A DNA stretch of 63,803 bases, counting the filler, from Octopus bimaculoides (taxonomy: Eukaryota), in NCBI RefSeq assembly GCF_001194135.2. It is 5 parts of 5 records of this genome, joined end to end, with 100 filler letters (N's around TTAATTAATTAA, not from the genome) between each part and the next. Parts side by side here need not be neighbours in the genome. Positions count along the whole stretch, not along the records: positions 22,433 to 48,480 come from NC_068982.1; 4 more parts are not named here. One strand, given 5' to 3'. A program made the position numbers and the translations under genes. Numbering within the stretch: position 1 is the stretch's first letter; the number at the start of each line of letters is the position of its first letter. Of the stretch, positions 23,191 through 36,886 are shown one piece after another. A model generated the notes under the pieces. That model was not told the origin of the DNA. It was given only the letters and a program-made list of their open reading frames with translations, and did not search any database.

Positions 23191-24888
23191 TAATCTTATA
23201 CCGTAAAATTATTGTTTTGTTCCCTTGGCCATGTGTGGCATGCGTAAGTCCTCTCAGTATATTCTGAATCAATTTGCTTTCTTAAATGTGTTGTTAATGC
23301 TGTAGATGTTTGTTATGTAATTCCTTGTATTTTGATATTTGCGTTGTACGTTGACACCGTTCAAGGTGATGGTTCACTACAATTGACTTTCTCTGGTGTG
23401 GCTATCGGGAAGTGACATGAACTTCATCTATTGCTGGGTCGGAGACTTAATCATTCACCTAGTTAAATATTGCAATATGGCTATGGTTCCCTTGAGCTGG
23501 ATTTGGATCAGGTCCACAGCTGGATAACTCGAAATTTCAATATTTTATTTCTTAATTCAACATTCCATGAGTCGTATTTTCCATTGCCCTTTCTTGAACT
23601 AGTCTCGGAGACTCTGCAAAACGTCATAGCACCGCTCCTCCGCTACAGACTAAGCCGTAGGATGTCTGCTGGCATAGAGCTTGGTCTCTATGTGATTGTT
23701 GCAAGGTTAGAGATGTCGTTTTGCCTCTCGAGTATGAAAAAAATAATGAGACTCGTTATTAGGCTGTCGACATTTTATGGAAGAATGAAAGCTGTGTAGT
23801 TACTGATTACCAAATGTCATTGAAAAAACGGAAACTTTATGGTATTCCTTTTGGGGAACCTTAGTATAGTAGGTGGTATCCAGTTAACACATGCTATAAA
23901 GGCCCAACAACCTGAAAAACCTTTTCCGATATATTAATATGTAACACCAGGTTATCCAACGTAGTCATTGATACATTTTTGAAACGACATACTAATTATT
24001 TATTGCTATTTCTAGCAGGTAAAATGACTCGAGACACGTCGTGACTTTATTTTATTAGATACGTAACAAGTTTGATATTTCTATAACTATAGTGAGCTAA
24101 TTTGGAATATTAACAGCAGAAGCTTCTCAGAATATGTTGCAGATCAAGAAATTTTGTCATTAAAATTCATTTTGTTTGGTTTGCCAAAACCTTCTCTATG
24201 GAATAATAATTTCAAGACATCTTAATCGGAACTATTCATTAACTTTCCATTTGATGAAAACAATGAGATTTAAGGTATTTGCTTTTAGCTCGTATATGAA
24301 GATTCTCGCTTTAATTAAATTGGAAAATATTACCAATCAATGGGAGAACGTGAAGATACTAAAAACACGCTATAATTATTGATGCAGATTCAATCCGGAA
24401 TATTTACCCTTTTTTCATCAATAATGAGCACACAGACGAATGTGTCCATGAATAAATGAAGACCATTCGGAAGTACAACAATACACCGTTTTCTGTTAGA
24501 TGCAGAAATGTGTTTTCAACTCTTAAACCAACTTAATTGTTGATATTCAAAATACTTCCCCATATTATTGGTTTTTGAATGGCATCATAAGATATATCTA
24601 TCTTGAGATATACAATTCTCCATGTTTATACGTCGAACTAATGAGATAAAATAATTATTTAAATACGTATTTGATGTCAATCACTAATAATGTTAACATT
24701 GTATTTTGAACATGAGTGAAAATATATTCTGTTTACTGCTTAAAACTGTTTCGTTTCCTGAAAAGCAAATTATATATGTTACGGAAACTTCAATTGCATT
24801 TTTAATATTACTCCTGATTCACTTGTTTTAAAATTGACTTAACTTATATAATTGATAATAATATGCGGCTTTCTATACTCCAATATTG

Positions 24889-25090
24889 GTTTCAAATTTT
24901 GGCACAAAGCCAGCAATTTTGGAGAAGAGGATAAGTCAGTTACATCGACTCCAGGGTTCAACTGGTTCTGAATTTATCGACTCCGAAAGAACGAAAAGCA
25001 AAGTGGACTTCGGTGGGATTTGAACTCAGAGAATAAAGACTAATGAAAAGCCACTAAGCACTGTTGCCCGGAGTTGCCAGCGTGCTCCCT
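24889..25090 (-). mobile_element. SINE family A with 18-bp TSD
   Basis: TSD ttctatactccaatattg (24871-24888) / ttctatactctaatattg (25093-25110). Confidence 0.85.
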
Positions 25091-25607
25091 TATTCTATAC
25101 TCTAATATTGACGCCTATTATTGTTAAAATTGACACAGTATTTTCTATTACTGTTTCTAATACCAAGATAGACATAGATTCAGATGAAATGAAGTGTTTG
25201 AAATCTATGACAGTATATCCTTTTTAAAAATTCAGGAAGAGAAAACAACAAATATGAGAATATTTGGAAATTCAGTAGAATATCTTATAAAATCCATTCT
25301 GGTACGTCATTAACAAATAGATTATGTAATTGTTTAAAAATATTAATTGAGAAATTGAAGTACGGCACGAAATTTGTAATGAAATTTGAAATAAATTAAA
25401 TAACAAATTTGAAATAGAAAAATATATTAAAGGTATGTTATGGATACATACTGGTAGTCGGTATATAAATAGCCTTAAAAGTTTTAAACCAGTGGTTCTA
25501 AATCATTTTTGTCTATGGGCCCCTTGGACTCTTATTTTACTCACGTAGATCCTCATAACGATAACGTGTTTTAAAAAAAATCCTACTATGTTTTTATCAC
25601 GAAATAT

Positions 25608-25805
25608 TCAAGGCCCGAAATTTTGGGGGAGGGGGTCAGTCAATTAGATCGCCCACAGTAGGCAAATTGTATTTAATTTATCGACCCCAAAAGGAGAAAA
25701 AGCAAAGTCGACCTCGGCGGAATTTGAACTCAGAACGTAACGCCAGACTAAATACCGTTAAGCATTTCGCCCGGAGTGTTAACCACTCTGCCAGCTCTCT
25801 GCCTT
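25608..25805 (-). mobile_element. SINE family A (nested)
   Basis: TSD ttttatcacgaaatatt / ttttataactaaatatt. Confidence 0.88.
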
Positions 25806-25829
25806 TTTATAACTAAATATTATTAGAAA

Positions 25830-26042
25830 GATGGTGAGCTGGCAGAATCGTTAGCACACCGAGCGAAATACCTAGTGGTATTTCGTCTGCCGCTACGTTC
25901 TGAGTTCAAATTCGGCCGAGGTCGACTTTGCCTTTCATCCTTTCGGGGTCGATTAAATAAGTACCAGTTACGCACTAGGGTCGATGTAATCAACTATCCC
26001 CTCCCCACAAATTTCAGGTCTTGTGCCTAGAGCAGAAAGGAT
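25830..26042 (+). mobile_element. SINE family A (nested, opposite orientation)
   Basis: Head ggtgagctggcagaatcgttagc, B box gagttcaaattc; TSD aactaaatattattagaaa / aattaaatattattaggaa. Confidence 0.9.
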
Positions 26043-26199
26043 AATTAAATATTATTAGGAACTCTATTACAAAAAAATTAAATTATTTTGTACTCTGCAG
26101 AAATATAATCAATTTATTGCAGATAAAGTTTAACAACAAAATTTCATGTGGACCCTCAAGGGGTTTATGAACCCTGATTGAGAACCACTGCTCTAATGT

Positions 26200-26608
26200 A
26201 TTCTTTTATCTGTTTCAATCATTTGACTGCGGCCATGCTGGAGCACCGCCTTTAGTCGAACAAATCGACCCCCACGACTTATTCTTTGTAAGCCTACTAC
26301 TTATTCTATCGTTTTCTTTTGCCGAACCGCTAAGTTACGGGGACACAAACACACCAGCATCAGTTGACAAGCGATGTTATGGGGACAAACACAGACACAC
26401 AAACACGCACGCACGCACGCACACACACACGCACACACACACACATATATATATACGATGGGCTTCTTTCAGTTTCCGTCTACCAAATCCACTCACAAGG
26501 CTTTGGTCGGCCCCAGGCTATAGTAGAAGACACTTGCCCAAGGTGCCATGCAGTGGGAATGAACCCGGAACCATGTGGTTGGTAAACAAGCTACTTACCA
26601 CACAGCCG
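26200..26608 (-). mobile_element. SINE family B, full length
   Basis: Colinear with 15452-15860. Confidence 0.9.
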
Positions 26609-28842
26609 CTGCTGCGTAAAAAAAAAATCAATTACCCAATGCTCTTATCTAAAGAAGCCAAATATAAAATGCTTTTAAATTTACTTTTCTATCACCTGCT
26701 TTCAATAAGATGGGCTCAGCAAGTGAACATCGTATTGATCCGGAAATAGTTCATTATCAACGTTTGTATCGATATAGGAAGATTGATACTTCTGCTTAGC
26801 TATTTTGAATGCTGTAAGTGTTGTAAATTGTTTTATGCATCATAAACTATAGTAAAATAATCGTCTCTTACTCATGTAACCGAACATTCACAATTTCATT
26901 CGATGTAAAATTTATAAATACTTGTATTTCACAGGGTTATGATTATATTCACCAGGGAACATGTATAAATACCTCTTTTATATCATTATATCATCGATGA
27001 CGACTTTTATTCCAGCTTAACCTCTCACTGAAATAAGAAATAAATATATTTGCTGTTTGATTAATTTATGAATATAACTTATTACATTTTATCAACTGAA
27101 AACAGTACACTTACCACATGCCAAAATTTTATATATTTTCCATTAGCAATGAAACGATAAGTAAAATAAAACATGGATGGAGCAAACTTCTAATTGGCAT
27201 TTTATTCGGTTGTTATGTTTAAAGGAATCTTTTTCCATTAACTTCATTTGATTATCATCAGTTTTATCGAATTACGCTTCAAATTTAGCTTCGTAGAATG
27301 ACAATGGGGGAAATTTCCATTTCACTATTTCTAAAAGAAGCTTATCTAATAAGCAGAGGATCCAAAAGTGTTCAATACATTTTCGTAATGTAACATTCTT
27401 TCTACCATTCTGTGATATAAGAAGTATATTTTACGATTTTTTTGTCATATAACTGAAATAAAATGAATAAATCCAATAAATTTAATCAATAGCAGTACTT
27501 CTTCTACATACTTAATTAAAAGAAACCCTGGCTTGCATAACTTTAAAGTGCCCACCCACATAGGAGGGGATTTACTGGCATTATTGATGAAAGAAAATCA
27601 ATCATATCCATCTTTAACAGACTTGAAGGTTTTTATCAGAAATAATACTATTTCAAGAAATAAGATTCGCATACTCGGTTGATTAAACCGATACAGAGAA
27701 GAAAAGTTGAAGACTGAATTATCTTGAAAGATTAACGTTTATTAAAATGCAAGAACATGCAACACAATTATTAGAAATACAACAATTATATAAAAGTAGT
27801 CGTAAAACCGAATGATCTTTTCAGAATTAAAATTGAATAATGATCTTTAAAATACATGACTTCATAAAATGTAACAAAAGCTAGAATCAAAATGTTGTTA
27901 TCATGTAATTGCCTTAAAGCTGCTATTCCTCAAGACTTTTCGCTGTTTTCATTGTTTCTGCACATTTTAGTGTTTTGCTCAAAAAAGGCTAAAATAATAA
28001 TAATAAAAATCCACGTTCTGCATTCTTTTCATTTCCTCCGAATGCATTACCGTCAATTCAGTTTTTGAAAAGATTTTATTACTCATAAAATGATTACAGA
28101 AAATAATAATCTCTTAGACTGCAACGAGGAATTCTTTCTATTTAATTACGTATGACAATCTGAAAGAATAAAATCTTTCAAATTATATTAATTAATTAGA
28201 ATAACACCGATGCACTAATGATTTCGTAAATAACATACTATTTAAAAAAAATAAACAGGTTGATGTTCAGTATTTTATTTTAGTGATTATATTATAAAAA
28301 TGATAATCATTTATTTCTTAGGTTCAAGGTCAAAGTTTCTTAGAAATATTATGGACAATTTATTCTCACAAATATTTAACCATATTATATAACATCACAG
28401 AAGTGTGAAAGAAACTCTGACCTCAACAGTAGCCGAATTTGAAAGCAGAGCAATAAAGTCGAGCATTTTGCGCGTCACTTCATTATTTTTATCAATTCGT
28501 CGCTGCTGGACTATTATTTTCTTGGGCATCAGGACATATATTTGCGGGAAGGAATAACGACCATTGAAAGAATGTAACTTAGTTTTTTTTTCTTGGTGTA
28601 CTTAAAATAGCAATCTTGAATCATGAAATTAATATCGACTTCTGTAGGTTCTGAATTCAACATATAAATCCGAAGCTAATCACAGTACGGTTTTGAATCC
28701 AAATGCTTGCAAATTCTAATAAGATTAACTAGAAATAAAGAAGGACATTAATTTATAGAAGATATACGTAGTCAACTGAATTATCTCCAGTTCAAGCCTG
28801 GCTCTTATTCCGTTTACAATGTGAGACACAAAAAAAAGAAGA

Positions 28843-29035
28843 ATTTTACGGGGCAGGGATACATGCTCTCATTCGAAGGCGGAACATTGCTATTGAGAGA
28901 AACGGTGACTATGTTGAGAAGTAGGGATGTGATCCACAGAGGACCAGCTTCATTTTGATGCTTGATACATGTTCCTGTGTTGGTAATTATACCTGTCCTA
29001 AACACAATGGCATTACTTTTTGACTCACCCTCGTA
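28843..29035 (+). mobile_element. Mariner 3' end
   Basis: EFYGAGIHALIRRRNIAIERNGDYVEK* followed by TIR ...actttttgactcaccctcg-TA. Confidence 0.85.
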
Positions 29036-29765
29036 TATATATATATATAAATATAAACTTACTATTAACAAAAGTCGAGATGCGATAAATGGAAAATGCG
29101 TTAAATACTAAAAATGTAGGGCAGACACTGAAGGACCCTAATTCTTTTTCAGTTACCAACCAAACTGCTAATGGTGAGTTTCATATCTGTATATACAAGG
29201 CAGGCAATGAGCACAAAACGAACACAGCATGGGAGAGACAACATATAACAAGTGTATTAGGTTAACACTTAGAAAAGAGGGAGAAAGATACGAAAGAAAA
29301 GAAAAGGAACGAGGAAAAGTGACTGGAAAAGAAAGGAAGATTTTAGGGGCCAGGTCGGATTGTGGTTCTATGGAGGATTTAGGAAGGGTGGCGGAGATGG
29401 AATGATGCGTGCATGTATAGCTGGGTATCTCTGTATAGAGACAAGCATAGGGGATGTATGTTTTAATGGTGATATGGATTGTGAATGGTTTCTTTGAATG
29501 TGTGTAGGTGTGCGGAGGTGTGGAAATGGCATGTGAAATGGAAAAGCGGTTAATGGAACGAACATTAAAAGCAATTCGAATACTGCAAACATTGTCAGAG
29601 ATGTTTTCAATTTACATGTCATAAATACGATTTTGTAAACCGGATATTTCCTAAATCAAATATTATTCTTGTAACCACTTCACATTTAAAAATGTTAAGC
29701 ATTTCAATTTAACATATATGTAATCTTACATACATACATACATACATACAAATATATATATACAT

Positions 29766-29836
<71 letters not shown>

Positions 29837-30424
29837 NNNNNNNNNNNNNNNNNNNNNNNNNNNNNNNNNNNNNNNNNNNNNNNNNNNNNNNNNNNNNNNN
29901 NNNNNNNNNNNNNNNNNNNNNNNNNNNNNNNNNNNNNNNNNNNNNNNNNNNNNNNNNTATATATATATATATATATTTATATTGTTGTGTCTAGGGACAG
30001 ATACAAATATATACATGTTCTGACCCATCTATACAACTTTTAGATATGAAGTAAAATAAACAGCCAGTCTTATGGTTAAACGCAAGTATCAACATCATAT
30101 TCAAAGATGTATCCTCAACTGATGTTTAGCATTTAACATGTGTAAGGGTTCAGTAAACACTCATTGTATTGAGAAATTATTGATGGTGAGTAGGAAGTTT
30201 CTAATGAGAATTCGTGGAAATGTCACACTAAAAGGAATGTCACTAGCAAATATCACTGAAGCATATCACTACCGTTTATTTATAATTTTAAACTGGGTTT
30301 CTCAACAAGAAAAGACAGTCACTAATCAGAATATTTGCTCACCCACGAAAACAGGATTTCACACAAATACAATCACACACGCACACACACACGTGTGTGT
30401 GTCTGAGTGTACGTGTATAGCTAT

Positions 30425-30560
30425 GTATGTATGTATGAATGTAGGGCCTAGTGATTAGAGTGTTGCTCTTACAATCGCGAGATTGTGGTTTCAATTTTTG
30501 GACCGACTGAAGCATTATGTTCTCGAGCAAAGCGCTTCATCTCATGCTGCTCTACGTTAA
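30425..30560 (+). mobile_element. Degraded SINE family C head
   Basis: gcctagtgattagag...ttcaattt...gcattatgttctcgagcaaagcgcttcatctca. Confidence 0.55.
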
Positions 30561-30683
30561 CTTCAACACGTGATGAAGGGAGGTGATGCACAGCACATAC
30601 ATTTGATCACTATAAAAATGGCATTTGCGCAGGTTGCTCACAAGAAACTGCAGAACTGTGTTTCTCGGACTACCTGGTACCTA

Positions 30684-30744
<61 letters not shown>

Positions 30745-31418
30745 CTGGCCCAGAGCAAGAGACCAAGACGAAGACCAAAACTGAGGTATAAGAACACTTG
30801 CAAACCTAGTTTGTCCAAGTGTGAGGTGGATGTTGGCACCTGGGAAGAGAGGGGTGAGGACAGANNNNNNNNNNNNNNNNNNNNNNNNNNNNNNNNNNNN
30901 NNNNNNNNNNNNNNNNNNNNNNNNNNNNNNNNNNNNNNNNNNNNNNNNNNNNNNNNNNNNNNNNNNNNNNNNNNNNNNNNNNNNNNNNNNNNNNNNNNNN
31001 NNNNNNNNNNNNNNNNNNNNNNNNNNNNNNNNNNNNNNNNNNNNNNNNNNNNNNNNNNNNNNNNNNNNNNNNNNNNNNNNNNNNNNNNNNNNNNNNNNNN
31101 NNNNNNNNNNNNNNNNNNNNNNNNNNNNNNNNNNNNNNNNNNNNNNNNNNNNNNNNNNNNNNNNNNNNNNNNNNNNNNNNNNNNNNNNNNNNNNNNNNNN
31201 NNNNNNNNNNNNNNNNNNNNNNNNNNNNNNNNNNNNNNNNNNNNNNNNNNNNNNNNNNNNNNNNNNNNNNNNNNNNNNNNNNNNNNNNNNNNNNNNNNNN
31301 NNNNNNNNNNNNNNNNNNNNNNNNNNNNNNNNNNNNNNNNNNNNNNNNNNNNNNNNNNNNNNNNNNNNNNNNNNNNNNNNNNNNNNNNNNNNNNNNNNNN
31401 NNNNNNNNNNNNNNNNNN

Positions 31419-31613
31419 AAAACAAGAAAAATAATCCAGAATCCTTGTCCTGTGCCGGATCGATCCCCAAATCTAATCAGCTCGCGCTAGTCACGAGGCC
31501 AGACATCTCTGAAAGTTTCATCCGAATCCATCCAGTGGTTCTTGAGATATCTTGTCCACGGACAAACAAACAAACACGACTGAAAACAATTCCTTCGCTG
31601 AGGTGGAGGTAAG
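31419..31613 (+). mobile_element. Non-autonomous Helitron/Helentron-like (HINE-like) element, 3' part
   Basis: tgaaagtttcatccgaatccatccagtggttcttgagatat...(acaa)n...gaaaacaat..., ending in GC-rich ...gaggtggaggtaa; 5' part lost in gap. Confidence 0.45.
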
Positions 31614-31861
31614 AAATATATTGACATTGATACATTTATTCTTCAGAAGCAAAGCAGAAAAAAAAAACATGAAGAAAATGCTAAATGTAAAATAAGATAA
31701 TTAGAAGTAATTATTGACAGTGATGCTTTCAATTTGATCGTCCTTAATGGTAATTTTTTTTAAACGCGTAAATCCTCAATCAAATATCTAGCTTGTTTTC
31801 ATTTGACAATTTAATATTTAAAAATATTGATGTTTTATTGAATATAAGTATGTTTATATGT

Positions 31862-32178
31862 GAAGGGGCGGGGTTTAATGTTTAGGGCATTCGGTTCACA
31901 ATCGTAGGGCCATGAATTTGATTCACAGCGGCACGTTACGTCCTTGAGCAAGACACATTATTTCACGTTGCTCCAGTCAACTTAGCTGGTAAAAATGAGA
32001 TGTATCTGTAATTCAACAGGTCAGCCTTGTCCCATTCTGTGTCACGATGAATCACCTTGAGAACTATGTTAAGAACGCGCTTCTGTAGTGTACTCGGCCA
32101 CTTGCATAGCAATTTCACGATCAGTCTGTTCTGTTGATCAGATCAACTGGAAGACTTACCGTCGTAACTGACGGAGGA
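31862..32178 (+). mobile_element. SINE family C variant (long tail)
   Basis: gtccttgagcaagacacattatttcacgttgctccagtc...gagaactatgttaag...gatcaactggaa; colinear with 39850-40160 and 52575-52830. Confidence 0.8.
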
Positions 32179-34021
32179 CCTTTTACAGATACTTTGTTAT
32201 AGCTACATAGTTTTAGATATAACACAAAATGATAGCCCGTCTTCCAGCTAAACGCATGTATAAACCATTCATTCCAAAGTGTCTTTTCCACTGACGTCTA
32301 GCGTTTACTATGTGTAATGGTTCAATAAATACCCATTGTATTGACAAGGAATGTTTATGATGAGCAGGAAATTCCTAGCGGGAACTAAGGGAAATATTAT
32401 GTTGAAGGGAATGTTTGTATCAAATGCCAGCTAAGCATGTCCCTACTGCAACAAGTAAAATATTCCACACGCACACTCACATCGAAACACATACATTCAC
32501 ACGAATAAACACAAACATTTACACAACCATTTACACAACCATTTGAGAAATATCCGTTTTAAAATATAAATATGTCATGCAAATTGGAATCAACTTAATC
32601 TTTATTGGAGCATTCACTGTTTTATTCGCTGTTTGAGGCTTTTTTGTCGTTCTTGCTTTCTACTTTCTAACCGTGAATATTCAATTAATGCTCAATATAT
32701 TTTCCTAGATAGATGAAGTGGCACATAGGCCTATACATTTTGTTTTTCTGTTTGCTGTGGAAGGAAGATTTGTAGCACCACAAGAATGCCGTGTTACTTG
32801 CTGAGACTTCTAGATTCTTCGTAATTACACTCTTGAAATATATGATTTCACTGAAAACCAGCAAGGGAGCCGCTCAGTAGGTTTTCGGATGCTAGAAATA
32901 GCAGAAAAATATCTATCAACATACAATGTCAAGTATTTAATAAACTGAACACATTGAATAATGTTAGTTCGAGGTAAACTATTCAAAATGACAAGAGTGT
33001 CACAGCTAATACCTCTAATCATAACACTGCTTGATCAAAGCTGACATGGTATTAAAATAACAACACTGGAAGCTGCTTATATTTTAAAGGTTTGGATACT
33101 AAGAGAGTTCTACGTTTCTCCCATGTTACAAACCTTATAATCATTTTGAGCGAACTACTGCACCATTCATTACTTGCAAATTTATCACCAATTTGTTTTC
33201 TTGCACATAATTTCCGTTAGTGTTCTAATGTATTAATAATTTTTTTTCTCTTATAGTTAACGTCTTGAATTTATCTCATCACTTTTCGCTTAATTATTTA
33301 TAACGTTCTCATAACATTTTAAAATCAAAATTTACATTAGAACAATCAATCGTGTATATGTTTCATTATATTGCACATAACATTTCACGTGCGCAATAAA
33401 ATTCTCTTGATAAATGTTCTCATATATATTCAGGGTAAAAGCTTCGAGATTATTCTCTTATCTTGTGGGATGTGAAATTCTTCTGCCTCGTTAAAAATAT
33501 ATTTAATTTTGCTTTACTTTTATAGTAAATATTGTCACGAAATCTATTTTTACCTCCTCCCTTTATATATGCATCAACACACACTGTCAGAAACACGCAT
33601 ACACACATTCGCACACGCACACACACACACACACACATACATATACTTGAGGAAACACCATTCAAGTATTGTAGAGCGTCTTTAGTGTATGTAGGGTGAA
33701 AGTATAGATAGAGAGTTCATTATAATTTTATGCATCAGTATGAATCTAATTAAATATCTAAATGCTTCACTTGTATTAGTGCTCACACAATTATAATTTT
33801 CCCAGTAACCAACTTCATCTTTAGAATTGAAACAATTAAAATTATATATTTATATCGATTACACTTTGTCCCGATCAGTGTGATCTCTGACTGACATCAG
33901 TTCTTTATACTTGGGTAATGTACACAGTAACGGAATGGAATTCAAACCACGAGCCTTATTTGTAATCTATAAGTAGTGTTGCTCTAATCCACTGGCGCAT
34001 ACAAATTAGTGTCAGTGAAAT

Positions 34022-34205
34022 TTTGGTTTCAAATTTTGGTACAAGGCCAGCGATTTCAAGGAATGGGTAAGTTGATTACAACGACTCCAGTGCATAACTG
34101 GTACTTATTCTATCGACCATTAAAGTCGATCTTTGGCGGTATTTGAACTCAGAATGTAAAAACGGATGAAATGCCGCTAAGCACTTTTCTCAGTGTGCTA
34201 ACAAT
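34022..34205 (-). mobile_element. SINE family A, degraded
   Basis: ggtttcaaattttggtacaaggccagc...atttgaactcagaatgtaaaaacggatgaaatgccgctaagc. Confidence 0.8.
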
Positions 34206-34260
34206 TCTCCAGAGAGAGGGGAAAGAAATCTGAGGAACTAAAGAATGAAAGGGAGGTGAA

Positions 34261-34292
<32 letters not shown>

Positions 34293-34384
34293 AGGAGGCA
34301 AGAGAGGAAGGAATGCAAAAGGAATAAAGAATAAGACATGAGGGGGGAAGGGATTATACATGTATATATATATTTAATGTATAT

Positions 34385-34561
34385 ATGTATATATATATAG
34401 GGAGAATTCACAAAAAAAAAAGACGAAGACAGGTGGTGTAGAAAACAAATAGATGTATTAGTATAACGCTCGGGAATTGAAAAAGTCTTTAACGTTTCGA
34501 GCCAACGCTCTTCCACAGAAAGGAACACAGAAAGAAACAAGGAGAGAAACACGGGGAGAAA
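34385..34561 (-). mobile_element. Dispersed family E with hammerhead variant at 34487-34522
   Basis: Minus strand CTTT-CTGTGGA-A-GAGC-GTTG-GCTC-GAAA-C-GTT-AAAG. Confidence 0.8.
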
Positions 34562-35699
34562 NNNNNNNNNNNNNNNNNNNNNNNNNNNNNNNNNNNNNNN
34601 NNNNNNNNNNNNNNNNNNNNNNNNNNNNNNNNNNNNNNNNNNNNNNNNNNNNNNNNNNNNNNNNNNNNNNNNNNNNNNNNNNNNNNNNNNNNNNNNNNNN
34701 NNNNNNNNNNNNNNNNNNNNNNNNNNNNNNNNNNNNNNNNNNNNNNNNNNNNNNNNNNNNNNNNNNNNNNNNNNNNNNNNNNNNNNNNNNNNNNNNNNNN
34801 NNNNNNNNNNNNNNNNNNNNNNNNNNNNNNNNNNNNNNNNNNNNNNNNNNNNNNNNNNNNNNNNNNNNNNNNNNNNNNNNNNNNNNNNNNNNNNNNNNNN
34901 NNNNNNNNNNNNNNNNNNNNNNNNNNNNNNNNNNNNNNNNNNNNNNNNNNNNNNNNNNNNNNNNNNNNNNNNNNNNNNNNNNNNNNNNNNNNNNNNNNNN
35001 NNNNNNNNNNNNNNNNNNNNNNNNNNNNNNNNNNNNNNNNNNNNNNNNNNNNNNNNNNNNNNNNNNNNNNNNNNNNNNNNNNNNNNNNNNNNNNNNNNNN
35101 NNNNNNNNNNNNNNNNNNNNNNNNNNNNNNNNNNNNNNNNNNNNNNNNNNNNNNNNNNNNNNNNNNNNNNNNNNNNNNNNNNNNNNNNNNNNNNNNNNNN
35201 NNNNNNNNNNNNNNNNNNNNNNNNNNNNNNNNNNNNNNNNNNNNNNNNNNNNNNNNNNNNNNNNNNNNNNNNNNNNNNNNNNNNNNNNNNNNNNNNNNNN
35301 NNNNNNNNNNNNNNNNNNNNNNNNNNNNNNNNNNNNNNNNNNNNNNNNNNNNNNNNNNNNNNNNNNNNNNNNNNNNNNNNNNNNNNNNNNNNNNNNNNNN
35401 NNNNNNNNNNNNNNNNNNNNNNNNNNNNNNNNNNNNNNNNNNNNNNNNNNNNNNNNNNNNNNNNNNNNNNNNNNNNNNNNNNNNNNNNNNNNNNNNNNNN
35501 NNNNNNNNNNNNNNNNNNNNNNNNNNNNNNNAGTTACTGTTAGACTCTTGTGAAACTACAAAAGTTTGACAAAATTTATTCAAAAACCAATATAAAGTAA
35601 TTTCCAACATGAAAAATTTGATTATTTTAAGAAAGATATCAATGAAACAACAAAAAATATTTTTCTGCTATTTTATAAAAGAAAAAAAAAAAAAAGTAA

Positions 35700-36050
35700 T
35701 GTTGATGAAAATGCTGCTGATGATGATGATGACAACAACGATGACTATTACCATGACGATAATGATGATGGTGATGATGATGAAGCTGATGATGATGATG
35801 ATGAAGATGATGACGACGACGACGATGGTGAGGATGATGATGTTGATAATGATGATGATGATAATGTGATGATTTGAGAGGAAGATGACATTAACAATAT
35901 GGTTGATAATTTTGTGGAAGAGAAATTGGATGATGTTAGTGATAAGCTGATGATGATGATGGTGGTGGTGGTGGTGATGATGATGATGGTGGTGGTAGCA
36001 GTGGATGAAGTTGATGATGGTAGTGGTGGTGATGAGGTTCATGATAAAGG
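35700..36050. repeat. Degenerate (GAT/GGT)n trinucleotide tract
   Basis: Direct reading. Confidence 0.9.
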
Positions 36051-36620
36051 GAGGGGTGGAAAGAGGGGATGAAGGAGATATTGACGATAATGATGAAGGT
36101 GCAGAGGAAACATTAGACCGCGGGTGACGACGGCAATTATTCTGATGGCGGTGTTGGTGGTGTGGTTAAGAATTCTTATAAACGGAGTAAAAGTTGAAGA
36201 TGATGTTGATGATGTCGACGATAAAGTCGATGATAATTATGGTTATTATTATGACATGAAAACAATATATTTTTCAATAATATCCAATCGATAAGGAATG
36301 AGAGCCGAATTTTTCATTTCTAAGCAAAAAAACATAATCTTTGAAAATGTTTCGAAAATTATAGTGAAGAACGTAGATTTGTCAACCTATTTCTTACTTA
36401 AATCAGTGTGATTTATGTTTTAGAAGAAAGAATAAAGTATGAATTAAATCCGAGAATGCTTTTCTTTGCAAATCATAAATAATTGAACTGAAATACACAG
36501 CTGTATAACATTTTGATCAATACATATTTTATCGTTTAGTAAGACCAGTGGTTTCCAACCAGTGGCTTCCAACCAGTGGCCATATGATCCTTCGGAATCC
36601 GAGGCTAATTCAGTTTCGCA

Positions 36621-36886
36621 CCTCGCCTTGAAAAATGCAGTTTTTTAAAAAACTTTTTTCGGATTCCTACGTTTTAAATGTCGGAGATTACGAATATGCA
36701 AAAGAAATTTTTTAATTTAGCCCCACCACCCTAAATGTGGTGGTCCTCTAGAAGACGGTGTTGTGGTTTNNNNNNNNNNNNNNNNNNNNNNNNNNNNNNN
36801 NNNNNNNNNNTATTCGTAATCTCCGATATCTTTAACATAGAAATCCGAAAAGATTTTTTCAAAAGAAATATACTTTTCAAGGAGAG
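36621..36886. repeat. Imperfect inverted repeat, about 75-bp arms, flanking an N gap
   Basis: ...ttttcggattcctacgttttaaatgtcggagattacgaata versus tattcgtaatctccgatatctttaacatagaaatccgaaaa. Confidence 0.7.

Larger units (their letters stand above)
25490..26190. mobile_element. hAT MITE carrying two nested SINE insertions
   Basis: Ends cagtggttctaaa / ttgagaaccactg; related to 18485-18802. Confidence 0.8.

Noticed and set aside
23470-23850. 109-aa plus-strand ORF in a slightly GC-richer patch
   Set aside because: No recognisable domain, and the other frames are broken; probably an old repeat.
32800-33022. Short open frames on both strands (ILRNYTLEIYDFT...; DTLVILNSLPRT...)
   Set aside because: Only superficial receptor-like resemblance; cannot choose a strand or link them to other exons.
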